A stretch of DNA of 64,000 nucleotides from contig OY782497.1 in assembly GCA_963677705.1 (NCBI GenBank), positions 4,703,603 through 4,767,602 of the forward strand. Reading direction: 5' to 3'. A model generated the notes under the pieces. That model searched no databases. It saw nothing but the letters and a program-made list of their open reading frames with translations, and had not been told where the DNA came from. Source of the stretch: Myxococcota bacterium (GTDB lineage Bacteria > Myxococcota_A > SURF-8 > G963677705). Made by a program: the position numbers and the translations under genes. This document shows, piece by piece, positions 18,660 to 28,795 of this stretch. Numbering within the stretch: the first letter of the stretch is position 1; every line of letters starts with the position of its first letter.

Positions 18660-21299
18660 ATGATGACGAATACCGAAACGCCGAAAACCATTTATCTGAA
18701 AGATTATCAAGCACCGTCTTACTGGGTGGATACCGTTCACTTGCGCGTGGAATTGGGAGAAGAGTTTACCGTGGTAAGCTCGGACTTGACTCTTCGCAAA
18801 AATGAAGATTCCAAAGATACCGATCTCGTTTTGTACGGCATGGAACAAAAGCTGGTTCGTGTTGCCGTGAATGGAAAGGAACTTTCCGAAAACGAGTACC
18901 GTTTGACCGAAAAAGAACTGGTTCTGAGCAAGCTTCCGAACGATGCTACAGTGAGCATCGTCAGTGAGATCAAACCTCAGGAAAACACCGCGTTGCTGGG
19001 TTTGTATAAATCCAGCGGTAATTTCTGCACCCAGTGCGAGCCGGAAGGCTTCCGACGCATCACCTATTACCCGGACCGTCCCGATGTGATGGCCGCATTC
19101 AAAACCACCATCATTGCGGACAAAGAAAAGTATCCGGTGTTGTTGTCCAACGGAAATCCCATCGAACAGGGAGAGTTGGACGGCGGGAAGCATTTTGTGA
19201 CCTGGGAAGACCCGTTCAAGAAACCCAGTTATCTGTTCGCCCTGGTCGCCGGAGATCTGGTCTATCAGAAAGATTCCTTCACCACGATGTCCGGGCGGGA
19301 CATTGAACTGCGCATTTATGCCCAGGCTCACAACCGCAACAAACTGGACCACGCGATGGAATCGCTGAAGCAATCCATGAAATGGGATGAAGACACCTTC
19401 GGTCGTGAGTATGACCTGGATCTGTTCATGATTGTCTCCGTGGATGATTTCAACATGGGTGCGATGGAAAACAAAGGGTTGAACATCTTCAACAGCGCCC
19501 TGATCCTGGCTCTTCCCGAAACTGCTACGGATGAAGACTACGACCACATTCAAGGCGTGATCGGCCATGAATATTTCCACAACTGGTCCGGTAACCGCGT
19601 TACCTGCCGGGATTGGTTCCAACTGAGCCTCAAGGAAGGGTTTACCGTTTTCCGTGACCAGCAGTTCAGTGGAGATATGACCAGTCATGCGGTCAAACGC
19701 ATTGAAGACGTAGGCCGCCTGCGTATGCGTCAGTTCGTGGAAGACGCTGGGCCGTTGTCTCACCCCGTCCGCCCGGAAAGCTATGTGGAAATCAACAATT
19801 TCTACACGGCGACGGTGTATGAAAAAGGCGCCGAAGTGGTTCGCATGTACCGAACCCTGCTGGGAGCGGATCTCTTCCGCAAGGGAACGGATCTGTATTT
19901 CGAGCGTCATGACGGACACGCGGCCACCATTGAAGATTTCGCCCAGGCGATGGCCGATGTCTCCGGGAGGGACTTCACTCAGTTCAAACGCTGGTACAGC
20001 CAGTCCGGGACACCGCGCCTGGATATCCGGGATACCTATGACGCCGAGGCCAAGTCCTATACCCTGCACGTTCGCCAGAGTTGCCCGCCGACGCCGGGGC
20101 AGACGGAAAAACAACCTTTCCTCATTCCCTTGAGTGTGGGCTTGTTGGATGCCGCCGGCAAGGCAATGATTCCCGCCTGTGAGGGAGCGCGTATCGACGG
20201 CACCACGGCGGTGCTTGAAGTCACCGAGGCCGAGCAGGACTTCGTCTTCACCGGGGTTGAGCAGAAGCCCGTACCCAGCCTGCTGCGTTCCTTCAGTGCG
20301 CCGGTCGTACTCAACTACGAGTATACGGACAAAGAACTGGCCTTCCTGATGGCCCATGATGACAACCTGTTCAATCGCTGGGATGCCGGTGTGAAACTGG
20401 CCGAGAAAGTGATTCTTGGTTTGGTGGAGGATCTGCAACAGGGCCGCGAAATGGTTTTGAGCGAAGCCTATGCTCAGGCTTTCGGTCAGTTGATCAACAA
20501 CCCGCCGGAAGACCTTCGCCTCTTGGCTCAAGCGATGGAACTGCCCCGTGACAACGTTCTGGCCCAGGCGATGAAGGTGATGGACACGGATGGCATTCAC
20601 CGCGCACGCGGCTTCGTGAAGAAGGAATTGGCCCAACGGTGGCAGAAGGACTTGCACGCCTTGTATGAGGCCAACCTGGATCATGGTCCCTTCTCTGCCG
20701 ATGCCAAAGCCATCGGTCAGCGGGCCGTGAAAAACATCTGCCTTGACTACCTCGCCTTGTTGGAGGATGGCGAGGCCATGCTGAAAGCCCACTTCGAGCG
20801 GGCGAACAACATGACCGACAGCCTGGCTGCGTTGAAGATTCTGGCCAGTTCCGACTTCGCCTACCGCACCGAGGCGCTGGAAGCCTTCTACCAACAGTGG
20901 AAAGACGATCCGCTGGTGATGGATAAATGGATTGCCATTCAGTCGGAATCCAGCCGTGAAGATACCATTGAACGGATCGGTGAATTGGCCGAGCATCCGG
21001 CCTTCACTCTGTCCAACCCCAACAAAGTCCGGGCGCTGATCGGCTATTTCGCCCGGTTGAATCCGGTGCGCTTCCATCAGGCCGATGGCCGGGGCTACAA
21101 GCTTGTGACGGACTACGTGTTGACTTTGAACAAGCGCAATCCGCAGGTAGCAGCCTGGTTGCTCTCTTCTTTCGGCTCCTGGAAGCGTCTGGACGAAGCC
21201 CGTCAGGCTTTGGTTCGTGAACAGCTTCAGCGGGTTCTGGATGGTGGAGATCTGTCTCCGGATGTGTATGAGATCGGCCAGAAGACCTTGAACGGCTAA
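18660..21299 (+). CDS. pepN: Aminopeptidase N (M1)
   Basis: CTQCEPEGFRRIT, GAMENKGLN, GHEYFHNW, LKEG, YEKGAE and NPNKVRAL motifs. Confidence 0.96.
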   Translation: MMTNTETPKTIYLKDYQAPSYWVDTVHLRVELGEEFTVVSSDLTLRKNEDSKDTDLVLYGMEQKLVRVAVNGKELSENEYRLTEKELVLSKLPNDATVSIVSEIKPQENTALLGLYKSSGNFCTQCEPEGFRRITYYPDRPDVMAAFKTTIIADKEKYPVLLSNGNPIEQGELDGGKHFVTWEDPFKKPSYLFALVAGDLVYQKDSFTTMSGRDIELRIYAQAHNRNKLDHAMESLKQSMKWDEDTFGREYDLDLFMIVSVDDFNMGAMENKGLNIFNSALILALPETATDEDYDHIQGVIGHEYFHNWSGNRVTCRDWFQLSLKEGFTVFRDQQFSGDMTSHAVKRIEDVGRLRMRQFVEDAGPLSHPVRPESYVEINNFYTATVYEKGAEVVRMYRTLLGADLFRKGTDLYFERHDGHAATIEDFAQAMADVSGRDFTQFKRWYSQSGTPRLDIRDTYDAEAKSYTLHVRQSCPPTPGQTEKQPFLIPLSVGLLDAAGKAMIPACEGARIDGTTAVLEVTEAEQDFVFTGVEQKPVPSLLRSFSAPVVLNYEYTDKELAFLMAHDDNLFNRWDAGVKLAEKVILGLVEDLQQGREMVLSEAYAQAFGQLINNPPEDLRLLAQAMELPRDNVLAQAMKVMDTDGIHRARGFVKKELAQRWQKDLHALYEANLDHGPFSADAKAIGQRAVKNICLDYLALLEDGEAMLKAHFERANNMTDSLAALKILASSDFAYRTEALEAFYQQWKDDPLVMDKWIAIQSESSREDTIERIGELAEHPAFTLSNPNKVRALIGYFARLNPVRFHQADGRGYKLVTDYVLTLNKRNPQVAAWLLSSFGSWKRLDEARQALVREQLQRVLDGGDLSPDVYEIGQKTLNG

Positions 21300-21342
21300 A
21301 TAAACTTTTTCTCCTTGTGGGGTGCATCCAACCCCGCAGGGC

Positions 21343-21372
21343 TTGACAAGCCAGGCCAAGCTTTCGTACACT
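21343..21372 (+). promoter_or_regulatory. Candidate sigma70 promoter of selC
   Basis: TTGACA-N18-TACACT, 24 nt upstream of the tRNA. Confidence 0.65.
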
Positions 21373-21396
21373 TGACCTTGCTTGATCGTATTTGTT

Positions 21397-21492
21397 GGAA
21401 GCGGATGGGTTCTGGTGGGCTCCGCGGTCTTCAAAACCGTTGTGGGGCGTGAGAGCGTCCTGGGTGGGTTCGATTCCCACACGTTTCCGCCA
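21397..21492 (+). tRNA. selC: tRNA-Sec (anticodon UCA)
   Basis: 6-bp D stem with TGGT loop, CT-TCA-AA anticodon loop, long variable arm, GTGGG-TTCGATT-CCCAC T arm and encoded GCCA end. Lies directly upstream of selA. Confidence 0.96.
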
Positions 21493-21500
21493 TGTTTTCA

Positions 21501-21526
21501 AACCGGCCCTTTGGGCCGGTTCTTTT
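21501..21526 (+). terminator. Hairpin with U-tract after selC (terminator or processing signal)
   Basis: AACCGGCCC-TTT-GGGCCGGTT-CTTTT. Confidence 0.65.
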
Positions 21527-21607
21527 CTAACCACCATCCGTTTACGAGGGCTGATCCGTCGGTTTGATTGAGGATGGCACCCGCTGCACTCGTTGAGGTG
21601 AAGGTTC

Positions 21608-22987
21608 ATGAACGGCACCAACCCGTTTCGTTTGTTACCGAAGATTGACGTATTGTTGAATCGTGAGGATCTTCACGAGTTCGAGGGGAAGTTCGGACAT
21701 CGCTGGGCCGTGGACCTGGCGCGTGAGGTCGTCGAGCAGGCCCGTAGCCATCTCGTCAACGATCCCACAACGGATGTTCCCAAGCTTATCCAGCGTTTGG
21801 TTGAACGGGCTTTGCGCCACGCTCGATTGAGCCGTCTCCAGCGCATTGTCAACGCGACGGGGATTATCCTGCACACCAACCTGGGACGTGCGCCGTGGAG
21901 CGACGACTTGCTTGCTCGCGTGGTGCCCACCTTGGGTGGTTATACCAACCTGGAATACGACCTGATCGGCCAGACACGCGGTGGACGAGGACGCGGAACG
22001 CGGGAAGCCATCGCCAGATTGAGCGGGGCAGAAGATGCCTTGGTGGTGAACAACAACGCGGCGGCGGTGCTGCTGGTGCTGTTTGCCTTCGCGGCGGGGC
22101 AGGATGTGCTGGTCAGCCGGGGTCAGTTGGTGCAGATCGGCGGGGGCTTTCGCATCCCGGATATTCTTCGTCAAAGCGGAGCGCGCCTGGTGGAAGTGGG
22201 AACCACGAATATCACCAGCGTGACGGATTATCAGAACGCCTTGCCGGATGAGGGTGGAATGCTCTTGGTTGTGCATCAGAGCAACTTCCATCAGGGCGGG
22301 TTCGTTTCCGAACCGAGTTTGCAGGAACTGGCATCGCTGAAAAATGAAACTCGTCTGTTGGTGCATGACTTGGGAAGCGGAAACCTGTTGGAAAACGCGC
22401 CGGACTTCTGGCGGAGGGAACCCCTCGTTTCGGAAAGCCTCCGTCAAGGGGCGGACCTGGTCTGCTTCAGTGGCGACAAACTCCTTGGAGGCTGTCAGGC
22501 GGGTATCATCGCCGGTCGAAAAGACCTGATTACCCGCTTGGGCAAACACCCGATGATGCGTGCTTTCAGACCGGATAAATTCACCTTTGCCATGTTGCAA
22601 GAAGTCACCCGTATCTATGAAACCGATGAGCGCCAACGTTTACCGCATCTTGAGAAAGCGTGCCAGGCATCGGAAACCCTGGAAGGGCGGATTGATGCCT
22701 TTCGGCGTAAGCTGGAACTCTCCGCCAGCGACTACCCAACCGTGGTGACTCACGGTGAAATGGGAGGGGGAAGCCTGCCCGGAGCGGCCTTTGACAGCCG
22801 GGGATTGGTTGTGGAAACCCGAAACGTGGATCAGGCCGAGCGTTTCTTCGAGCAGCGTAATACACCGGTGCTGGGTGTGGTTCGCCACAAACAACTGGTT
22901 TGGGATTTCCTGACCGTTTCTGACAAGGAAGAAGTGATTCTTGCCCAGGCGCTCACGCAGTGGCGCAGGCAATCCGGCTTGTTGTGA
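21608..22987 (+). CDS. selA: L-seryl-tRNA(Sec) selenium transferase
   Basis: VNATGIILHTNLGRAP, VVNNNAAAV, SRGQLVQIGGGFRIPD, VEVGTTN, DLGSG and FSGDKLLGG (PLP Lys) motifs. Confidence 0.96.
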   Translation: MNGTNPFRLLPKIDVLLNREDLHEFEGKFGHRWAVDLAREVVEQARSHLVNDPTTDVPKLIQRLVERALRHARLSRLQRIVNATGIILHTNLGRAPWSDDLLARVVPTLGGYTNLEYDLIGQTRGGRGRGTREAIARLSGAEDALVVNNNAAAVLLVLFAFAAGQDVLVSRGQLVQIGGGFRIPDILRQSGARLVEVGTTNITSVTDYQNALPDEGGMLLVVHQSNFHQGGFVSEPSLQELASLKNETRLLVHDLGSGNLLENAPDFWRREPLVSESLRQGADLVCFSGDKLLGGCQAGIIAGRKDLITRLGKHPMMRAFRPDKFTFAMLQEVTRIYETDERQRLPHLEKACQASETLEGRIDAFRRKLELSASDYPTVVTHGEMGGGSLPGAAFDSRGLVVETRNVDQAERFFEQRNTPVLGVVRHKQLVWDFLTVSDKEEVILAQALTQWRRQSGLL

Positions 22988-23054
22988 TCCGAAGCCCATC
23001 CTGATTCAATGGAATGAACCGAACGATGATGATGAACCTGGAAAGGAAAACGCC

Positions 23055-23666
23055 ATGAGTAATCCCCTTGTTGATGCCAAAGGCAAGCTTTGTCCTGTTC
23101 CTCTGGTGATGACTAAAAAAGTGTATGACGAACTGAGTGAAGGCGAAACGATGACCGTATTGGTGGATAACGACACCAGCGCCAAAAACGTGCAGACCTT
23201 CATCCTGGAATCCGGAGGCAAGGTCAAGCTGAGCAAAGAGGGTGAGGTTTCCAGCCTGGAGGTGGTGAAAGGCAAGATGGAAAGCGGTACGGCGGAAGAC
23301 TACTGTACCACGGATCTTGCCGCGCCGCATATTGTTTATCTGGCCAGCGATCAGATCGGCACCAAGACTCCGGAAGGTGAGGAGTTGGGCATTGCGCTGA
23401 TGAAAGCGTTTCTGGGAACTCTGAAGGATGTTCGTCCGCTGCCCAGCCATCTGATTTTCATCCATGAAGGGGTGAAGCTATTGGTGGAAGGCACCAAGAC
23501 CGAAAGCCTGATTGCAGAATTGAAAGGGCTTGGTGTGCAGTTGGTGGCTTGCGGTACCTGCCTGGATTATTTCGGCCTGATGGACAAGCAATCCATTGCC
23601 AAGGTGTCCAATATGTACGACATCCTGAGTTTGCAGACCAAAGCCGGAAAGATCCTCAAGCCCTGA
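23055..23666 (+). CDS. yedF: Selenium-metabolism sulfurtransferase-like protein (TusA plus DsrE-like domains)
   Basis: DAKGKLCPVPLV (CPxP), ELGIALMKAF, ACGTCLDYFGL and SNMYDI motifs. RBS AAGGAAAA precedes the ATG at 23055. Confidence 0.88.
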   Translation: MSNPLVDAKGKLCPVPLVMTKKVYDELSEGETMTVLVDNDTSAKNVQTFILESGGKVKLSKEGEVSSLEVVKGKMESGTAEDYCTTDLAAPHIVYLASDQIGTKTPEGEELGIALMKAFLGTLKDVRPLPSHLIFIHEGVKLLVEGTKTESLIAELKGLGVQLVACGTCLDYFGLMDKQSIAKVSNMYDILSLQTKAGKILKP

Positions 23667-23685
23667 CTTTCTCTTGGATAGAGCC

Positions 23686-25602
23686 ATGAAACCTGTTACG
23701 CCAAGCCAGCACGTTCCCGTGATCTTCGGTACCGCCGGGCATATCGACCACGGCAAAAGTTCCTTGGTTCAAGCCTTGACCGGCACGGACCCGGACCGCT
23801 TCAAGGAAGAAAAGGAACGCGGTATCACCATTGATCTGGGCTTCGCCTTTCTGTCGCCATCCATCGCGCTGATTGACGTCCCCGGTCACGAGCGCTTCAT
23901 CAAAAACATGGTTGCCGGTGCGGCGACTGTGGATTTTGCCATCTTGGTGATTGCTGCCGATGATGGCGTGATGCCCCAGACCCGCGAGCATGTGGAGATT
24001 CTGGAACTGTTGGGCGTCAAGTCGGGGATGGTTGCCTTGACCAAGAAAGACAAGGTGGATGAAGACTGGTTGGACCTGGTGCAGGAGGATGTCAAGGAGT
24101 ACCTGGAAAGTACGGTCTTTGCCGATGCTCCCTTGTATGTCTGCGATAGCCTTTCCGGGGATGGGATCGAAGCCATTCGGAGCGCCCTGTTTGACTTGGC
24201 TGCGCAGAAGCAACAAGCCGGGACGGGGAATCATTTCTACATGCCCGTCGATCGCGTCTTCAGTGTCAAAGGTCACGGGACGGTGGTAACGGGTTCTGTG
24301 CTTTCCGGACAGGTGCGTCCTGAAGATAACGTGGGACTTCTCCCGTGGGGGCGTACTTTGCGCGTCAGGCGTTTGCAAAGCCAAGGTAGGGAAATCCCTC
24401 AGGTGGTTGCCGGGAACCGGGCGGCCTTGAATCTGGCGGATGTGGATGTCGAAGACATTTCCAGGGGGATGGTTTTGGCCACGCCGGATGTTTTCCAGGC
24501 CAGTCGCTACCTGGATGTGAAGCTCCATGCTCTGTCCAGTTTCGGTAAACCCCTGCTTCATCGGCAACGGATGCGCGTTCACGCCGGGACGGCGGAAGTG
24601 ATGGCCCGTCTGGCGATGATGGATGGCGAGCGCATTGACCCCGGTCAGGATGGTTTTGTGCAACTGATTCTGGAAAGCCCCTTGGCCTTGCGTCGTGGGG
24701 AACGATTCGTGATCCGCCAGTACAGCCCGCTGCGTACCATCGGAGGCGGGGAGGTGCTGAACCCCAATCCGGAGAAACATAAGAGAAACCGCCCGGAGGT
24801 TCTGGACCGTCTCAAGCAACTTGCCGAAGGCACCCTTGCCGGGTGGATTGTTCAGCGGGTGGATCAGGCTACGAGCCTGCGCTTGGATGAACTGGCCGGG
24901 TTGTTGGACCAGACCGAGGAAACCCTCCAGACGGATGTGGACGCCTTGGTGGAAGACGGGCGATTGGTTCGTCTGGAGACGGGCAATCGGGTGGCTTCCG
25001 GAGCGATTTTCGCAGCCTGGCTGGAATCGGCCTCGTCATATCTGGATGCCTTCCATCAGAAGTATCCGCTACGTGCCGGAATGCGGCGGCAGGAATTGTT
25101 ACAGAAAACGAAGATCGCGGCCAAAGGCTTTGTCTCTGATTTCATGCGTCATGGCTTCGGGAATGGCTCCTTGCGTGCCGTGGGGACGGATCTGGTTGCG
25201 CTTCCTACCTTCGAAATCAATCTGACGCGCAAAGAGCAGCAGATGGTTCAGCGCTTGGAGCAGGAACTGCGCAATGCGGCTTTTATGCCTCCACAGGCCA
25301 AAGAGGCCGCCCACCTGGTAGGGCTTCCCAAAGCCGATGCCTTGCTGGAATACCTTGTGTACCTCAATCGGGCGGTGTGTCTGGAAGGCTTCTTCTTCCA
25401 TCAGGAAAACCTTCGTAGTGCCGAACAGTCCCTTGCCCGGCGTTTTTCCGAGCAAGAACGCCTCACTGTCGCGGAGATCCGGGATCTGTTCAACACCAGC
25501 CGGAAGTATGCCGTTCCCTTGGTGACTTATTTTGATGCTCTGGGTTGGACCAAACGCGAAGAAGATGTGCGCATCCGTGGGGAAAAGCTGAGCGAACTTT
25601 AG
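23686..25602 (+). CDS. selB: Selenocysteine-specific elongation factor
   Basis: FGTAGHIDHGKS, EEKERGITIDLGFA, DVPGHERFIKNM, and a winged-helix C-terminus with TSRKYAVP. Confidence 0.96.
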   Translation: MKPVTPSQHVPVIFGTAGHIDHGKSSLVQALTGTDPDRFKEEKERGITIDLGFAFLSPSIALIDVPGHERFIKNMVAGAATVDFAILVIAADDGVMPQTREHVEILELLGVKSGMVALTKKDKVDEDWLDLVQEDVKEYLESTVFADAPLYVCDSLSGDGIEAIRSALFDLAAQKQQAGTGNHFYMPVDRVFSVKGHGTVVTGSVLSGQVRPEDNVGLLPWGRTLRVRRLQSQGREIPQVVAGNRAALNLADVDVEDISRGMVLATPDVFQASRYLDVKLHALSSFGKPLLHRQRMRVHAGTAEVMARLAMMDGERIDPGQDGFVQLILESPLALRRGERFVIRQYSPLRTIGGGEVLNPNPEKHKRNRPEVLDRLKQLAEGTLAGWIVQRVDQATSLRLDELAGLLDQTEETLQTDVDALVEDGRLVRLETGNRVASGAIFAAWLESASSYLDAFHQKYPLRAGMRRQELLQKTKIAAKGFVSDFMRHGFGNGSLRAVGTDLVALPTFEINLTRKEQQMVQRLEQELRNAAFMPPQAKEAAHLVGLPKADALLEYLVYLNRAVCLEGFFFHQENLRSAEQSLARRFSEQERLTVAEIRDLFNTSRKYAVPLVTYFDALGWTKREEDVRIRGEKLSEL

Positions 25603-25853
25603 GCGGTTATGCAAGGGAGGGAACGGCCTTTGCAGCACGCGGCTCCCCAGGATTGGGAAGGAACAGGAAAGGCTCCATGCTTGAGGGCTTCATCTTCCCC
25701 TACGGTTGATGTTCCGAAATCAGGATTCCCACCCGTAAGGTCCATCAAGGCAAGAATTTTCTTGCTTTTACCCAAAAAGACGGTACGATTCATCGCCTTG
25801 AAACGGACCATTGAGGACGGTTGGAATCGTCCAAACTTGAAAGGAACCGAACG

Positions 25854-26072
25854 ATGAAACAGAATATTCACCCCGAATACAAGCAGGCCACCATCACCTG
25901 TGCCTGTGGGAACGTTATTGAAACCCGCTCCACCGTCGGTAACTACTCGGTGGAAATCTGCTCGGCCTGCCACCCCTTCTACACCGGCAAGCAAAAGCTT
26001 CTGGATACCGAAGGTCGTGTGGATCGCTTCAACAAGAAGTTTGCCAACCGCAAAAGACTGGGTTCCAAATAA
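25854..26072 (+). CDS. rpmE: 50S ribosomal protein L31 (zinc-binding type)
   Basis: MKQNIHPEY...CACG...[15 protein letters not shown]...GRVDRF. Confidence 0.96.
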   Translation: MKQNIHPEYKQATITCACGNVIETRSTVGNYSVEICSACHPFYTGKQKLLDTEGRVDRFNKKFANRKRLGSK

Positions 26073-26315
26073 GCCCATTGCCTGCGATGGATTTTGTCAT
26101 TCCAAACGCGGAGGCTCACTGCGAGTCTTCGCGTTTTTTCATGGGTCAAGGCCCGATCTGCCGAAGCGGATGCGGTGAAGCGTGGTGTCAGAGATTATAC
26201 CTTTCCTTCCGCTTTCTTACCCTTTTGCTCTTGCATGGGCTGACAATTGACTTATACTACCAGGGTAGGACTTTTCGTACTTTGTTAGGAACCCCTTCTT
26301 GATGGTGAATTCCGA

Positions 26316-27395
26316 ATGAACACCAAGCATAATGTCGGCGGACAAGCCGTAATTGAAGGTATCATGATGCGCTCCCCCTCTTCGTTGGCTGTGGCTGTAC
26401 GGCGTGCCAACGGTGAGATTGTGGTGAAAGAACAACCCTGGGAATCCATCTGGGACCGTTTTACCTTTCTTCGCTGGCCCTTTATCCGTGGCTCCATCGT
26501 GTTGATGGAAGCAATGGTCAACGGGATTCAGGCACTGACCTTCTCGGCGGATCAGGCGATGGCCGATGAAGAACTGAAAACCAAGAACACCAAAAACAAG
26601 TCCGACGAGGACACGGCAGACCAGGAAACGGACGAGGAGCAAGTCAAACCGATGAGCCGTTGGATGCTCTGGGGAACCATCATCCTGTCTCTCTTGTTTG
26701 GGTTTGCGCTGTTCAAAGGGGTACCTCACCTGGTGGCCACGGGGCTGGGTTATGTCACCGGTGATGAGATCACGACCAAAGATCCGCTGTTCCATATCAT
26801 TGACGGTGCGGTGAAGATCCTGATTTTCGTCGGCTATGTCTGGGGAATCAGTCTGATGGAAGACATGCGTCGGGTGTTTCAGTACCACGGTGCGGAACAC
26901 AAGGCGATTTATACCTATGAAACCGGCCAGGATTTAACCGTTGAAAACGCCCGGAGCTTCACCACACTGCACCCACGGTGCGGAACCAGCTTCATCATGG
27001 TGGTCCTGCTGCTTTCCATCTTTGTCTTCGGTGCGGTGTTCCCCTTCCTGCCGCAGTTCAGCGAGAATCGCGTCATCAATGCTCTGCTCCAGATTGCCGT
27101 GAAGCTTCCTTTGATGTTCCCCGTCGCGGGTTTGGCCTACGAGTTCAACCGTTTTGCGGGAAAACACATGGATAACTGGCTGGTACGCATTCTGATCAAG
27201 CCCGGCCTGTGGCTGCAATTGATTACCACCAAAGAGCCGACCGATGACCAATTGGAAATCGCCCTGGTCGCCTTGCGCAAATCCTTGTGGCGTGAAGAGG
27301 TGGGGATTCAGGCCGTTGCAATGGATTCCAATCACCTGGAAACCTTTGCCAGCTATGCCGATGTCCAATTCGGCTCGGAGCCGGTCCAGGCCTGA
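26316..27395 (+). CDS. DUF1385 family membrane protein
   Basis: VGGQAVIEGIMMR, RVFQYHGAEHK, HPRCGTSF, LQLITTKEP. The position after rpmE is typical for this family. Confidence 0.9.
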   Translation: MNTKHNVGGQAVIEGIMMRSPSSLAVAVRRANGEIVVKEQPWESIWDRFTFLRWPFIRGSIVLMEAMVNGIQALTFSADQAMADEELKTKNTKNKSDEDTADQETDEEQVKPMSRWMLWGTIILSLLFGFALFKGVPHLVATGLGYVTGDEITTKDPLFHIIDGAVKILIFVGYVWGISLMEDMRRVFQYHGAEHKAIYTYETGQDLTVENARSFTTLHPRCGTSFIMVVLLLSIFVFGAVFPFLPQFSENRVINALLQIAVKLPLMFPVAGLAYEFNRFAGKHMDNWLVRILIKPGLWLQLITTKEPTDDQLEIALVALRKSLWREEVGIQAVAMDSNHLETFASYADVQFGSEPVQA

Positions 27396-27420
27396 CCGAA
27401 ACGCTTTTCTTCAAGCAGGA

Positions 27421-27450
27421 AAAACCCCGTCGAGGACTCGGCGGGGTTTT
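27421..27450. terminator. Bidirectional intrinsic terminator
   Basis: AAAACCCCGTCGAG-GA-CTCGGCGGGGTTTT between convergent genes. Confidence 0.8.
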
Positions 27451-27482
27451 AGGTTTTTCAGAGCTTTGTCGTGTAAGGTCTG

Positions 27483-28379
27483 TTAAACGATCTCTACCCG
27501 TAGAAGTTGCTGACCAAGGAATACCAGATCGCCGTGCCGCAATTCCTGTTCCTGGTTGATGCGGGAGAACGTTCCGTTCTTGCTTCCTTTGTCCGTCAGG
27601 TAGAAATGGCCGTTTTTGTGGCTGATGGTGCAATGGCAGCCGGACATGAAGGAGTCATGGGGGAAATTGATCTGGCAGCCTTCACGACCGATGTTGAACT
27701 CCTGGTTTGCTTTGACCGTAGATACCGAGCCTTCAAGGCCGGTTTCAAGAACCTGGGTGAGCAGCAAGGACGGCTCCGGCATGTCCGGGCTTCCCAGAAA
27801 CTTGGTTTCGTCTTCTTTCACGTTGAGACAGGGCAGGGCGGGAACATCACTGATGATGTTGCAACGAAAGAGCTGCTCTCCGCAGCGGAAATGGCTCCCC
27901 TCGCCAAGCTCCACGGGAAGGGATATTTTCACATAGATGCCGTTCAGGCTTCCCTCATCGGAAACGAAAAGCTTGTTGCCGAAGTAGAAAAAGTTGCCGT
28001 GACGCGGGGAAACCAGTGGGTCGTCCGGGAAGTGCAGAAAGCCTTCTTCTCGGCCGGCGAGGTGGTCGGTCTGAGTGAGCTGGTAGCTGATTCCGTCGAA
28101 ACCGCCACCACGGATGATGGTCAGCTTGGCCTTCCCGCTTTCCTGCATCGCACCGAAAAACTCGGTTTTGCCACCGCCCCGGTTGGAGGGTTCCTCGTAT
28201 TTGCTGCCGCATTTGGGGCAGAACAGGGAATCCAAAGCCATTGGGCTTCCGCATTGGAAACAGAATTTTGTTTCCGGTTGACTTTCCACGCTGGCCGGAT
28301 CAACCAGATCATACCCGCATTGGATACAAAATGTGGCGTCGTCACTGTTGTTTGAGCCGCAATTGGGGCAAACTTGCAT
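27483..28379 (-). CDS. Double zinc ribbon plus two FHA domains
   Basis: CPNC/CIQC/CFQC/CPKC, then two FHA cores: GR...VSPRH...SLNG and GR...MSGCH...SKNGT. Confidence 0.85.
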   Translation of the reverse strand: MQVCPNCGSNNSDDATFCIQCGYDLVDPASVESQPETKFCFQCGSPMALDSLFCPKCGSKYEEPSNRGGGKTEFFGAMQESGKAKLTIIRGGGFDGISYQLTQTDHLAGREEGFLHFPDDPLVSPRHGNFFYFGNKLFVSDEGSLNGIYVKISLPVELGEGSHFRCGEQLFRCNIISDVPALPCLNVKEDETKFLGSPDMPEPSLLLTQVLETGLEGSVSTVKANQEFNIGREGCQINFPHDSFMSGCHCTISHKNGHFYLTDKGSKNGTFSRINQEQELRHGDLVFLGQQLLRVEIV

Positions 28380-28795
28380 GGTTCCGCACCTTTGTTGAAG
28401 TTCCCATAAACAAGTTTCGTATCACGATTGTCTGAAAAAGGCAAGCCTTGGATTTATGAGGAGATTGTTAGAATGCGTCTATGTAAGTTGTTTAATTTAC
28501 AGAAGAAGATGGTTGCATGGGTTTGCAATCCTCAAAATAGAAACCGTTCAGATGATCGCGGTGAAGGTATTCTATCACCGTCATGACATGTTGGGTCACG
28601 CCTGGGAACTTCTGAAGCCGCACGTCTTACGAGCAATAAAACCTTGCTCTGTGCGGAGAACGAACAGGGAATGCTGCGTATTCTAAAAAGGAACCATGCA
28701 CCCTTTTATTCACGATTTCATCACGACACGGCCTGTTTATACCTGGTCGCCCCAGTAATCGCTATAATTCCAAATATCAAGATTCTATAGCTTGT

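Noticed and set aside
18603-21482. Very long antisense ORFs (also opposite tkt, pepD, gatE, the GT fusion and the flagellins)
   Set aside because: These are shadow ORFs produced by GC-rich codon bias on the opposite strand of well-supported genes.
21397-21492. Possibility of a recoding selC*/allo-tRNA variant
   Set aside because: The anticodon is UCA, the fold is standard 8/5, and canonical selA and selB are adjacent.
28473-28790. ORF with a good RBS (GAGGAG) and a single in-frame TGA at 28584, a possible selenoprotein given the nearby sel genes
   Set aside because: No redox motif around the TGA (LSPS*HVG), no convincing SECIS hairpin downstream, no recognisable family, and AT-rich intergenic character.
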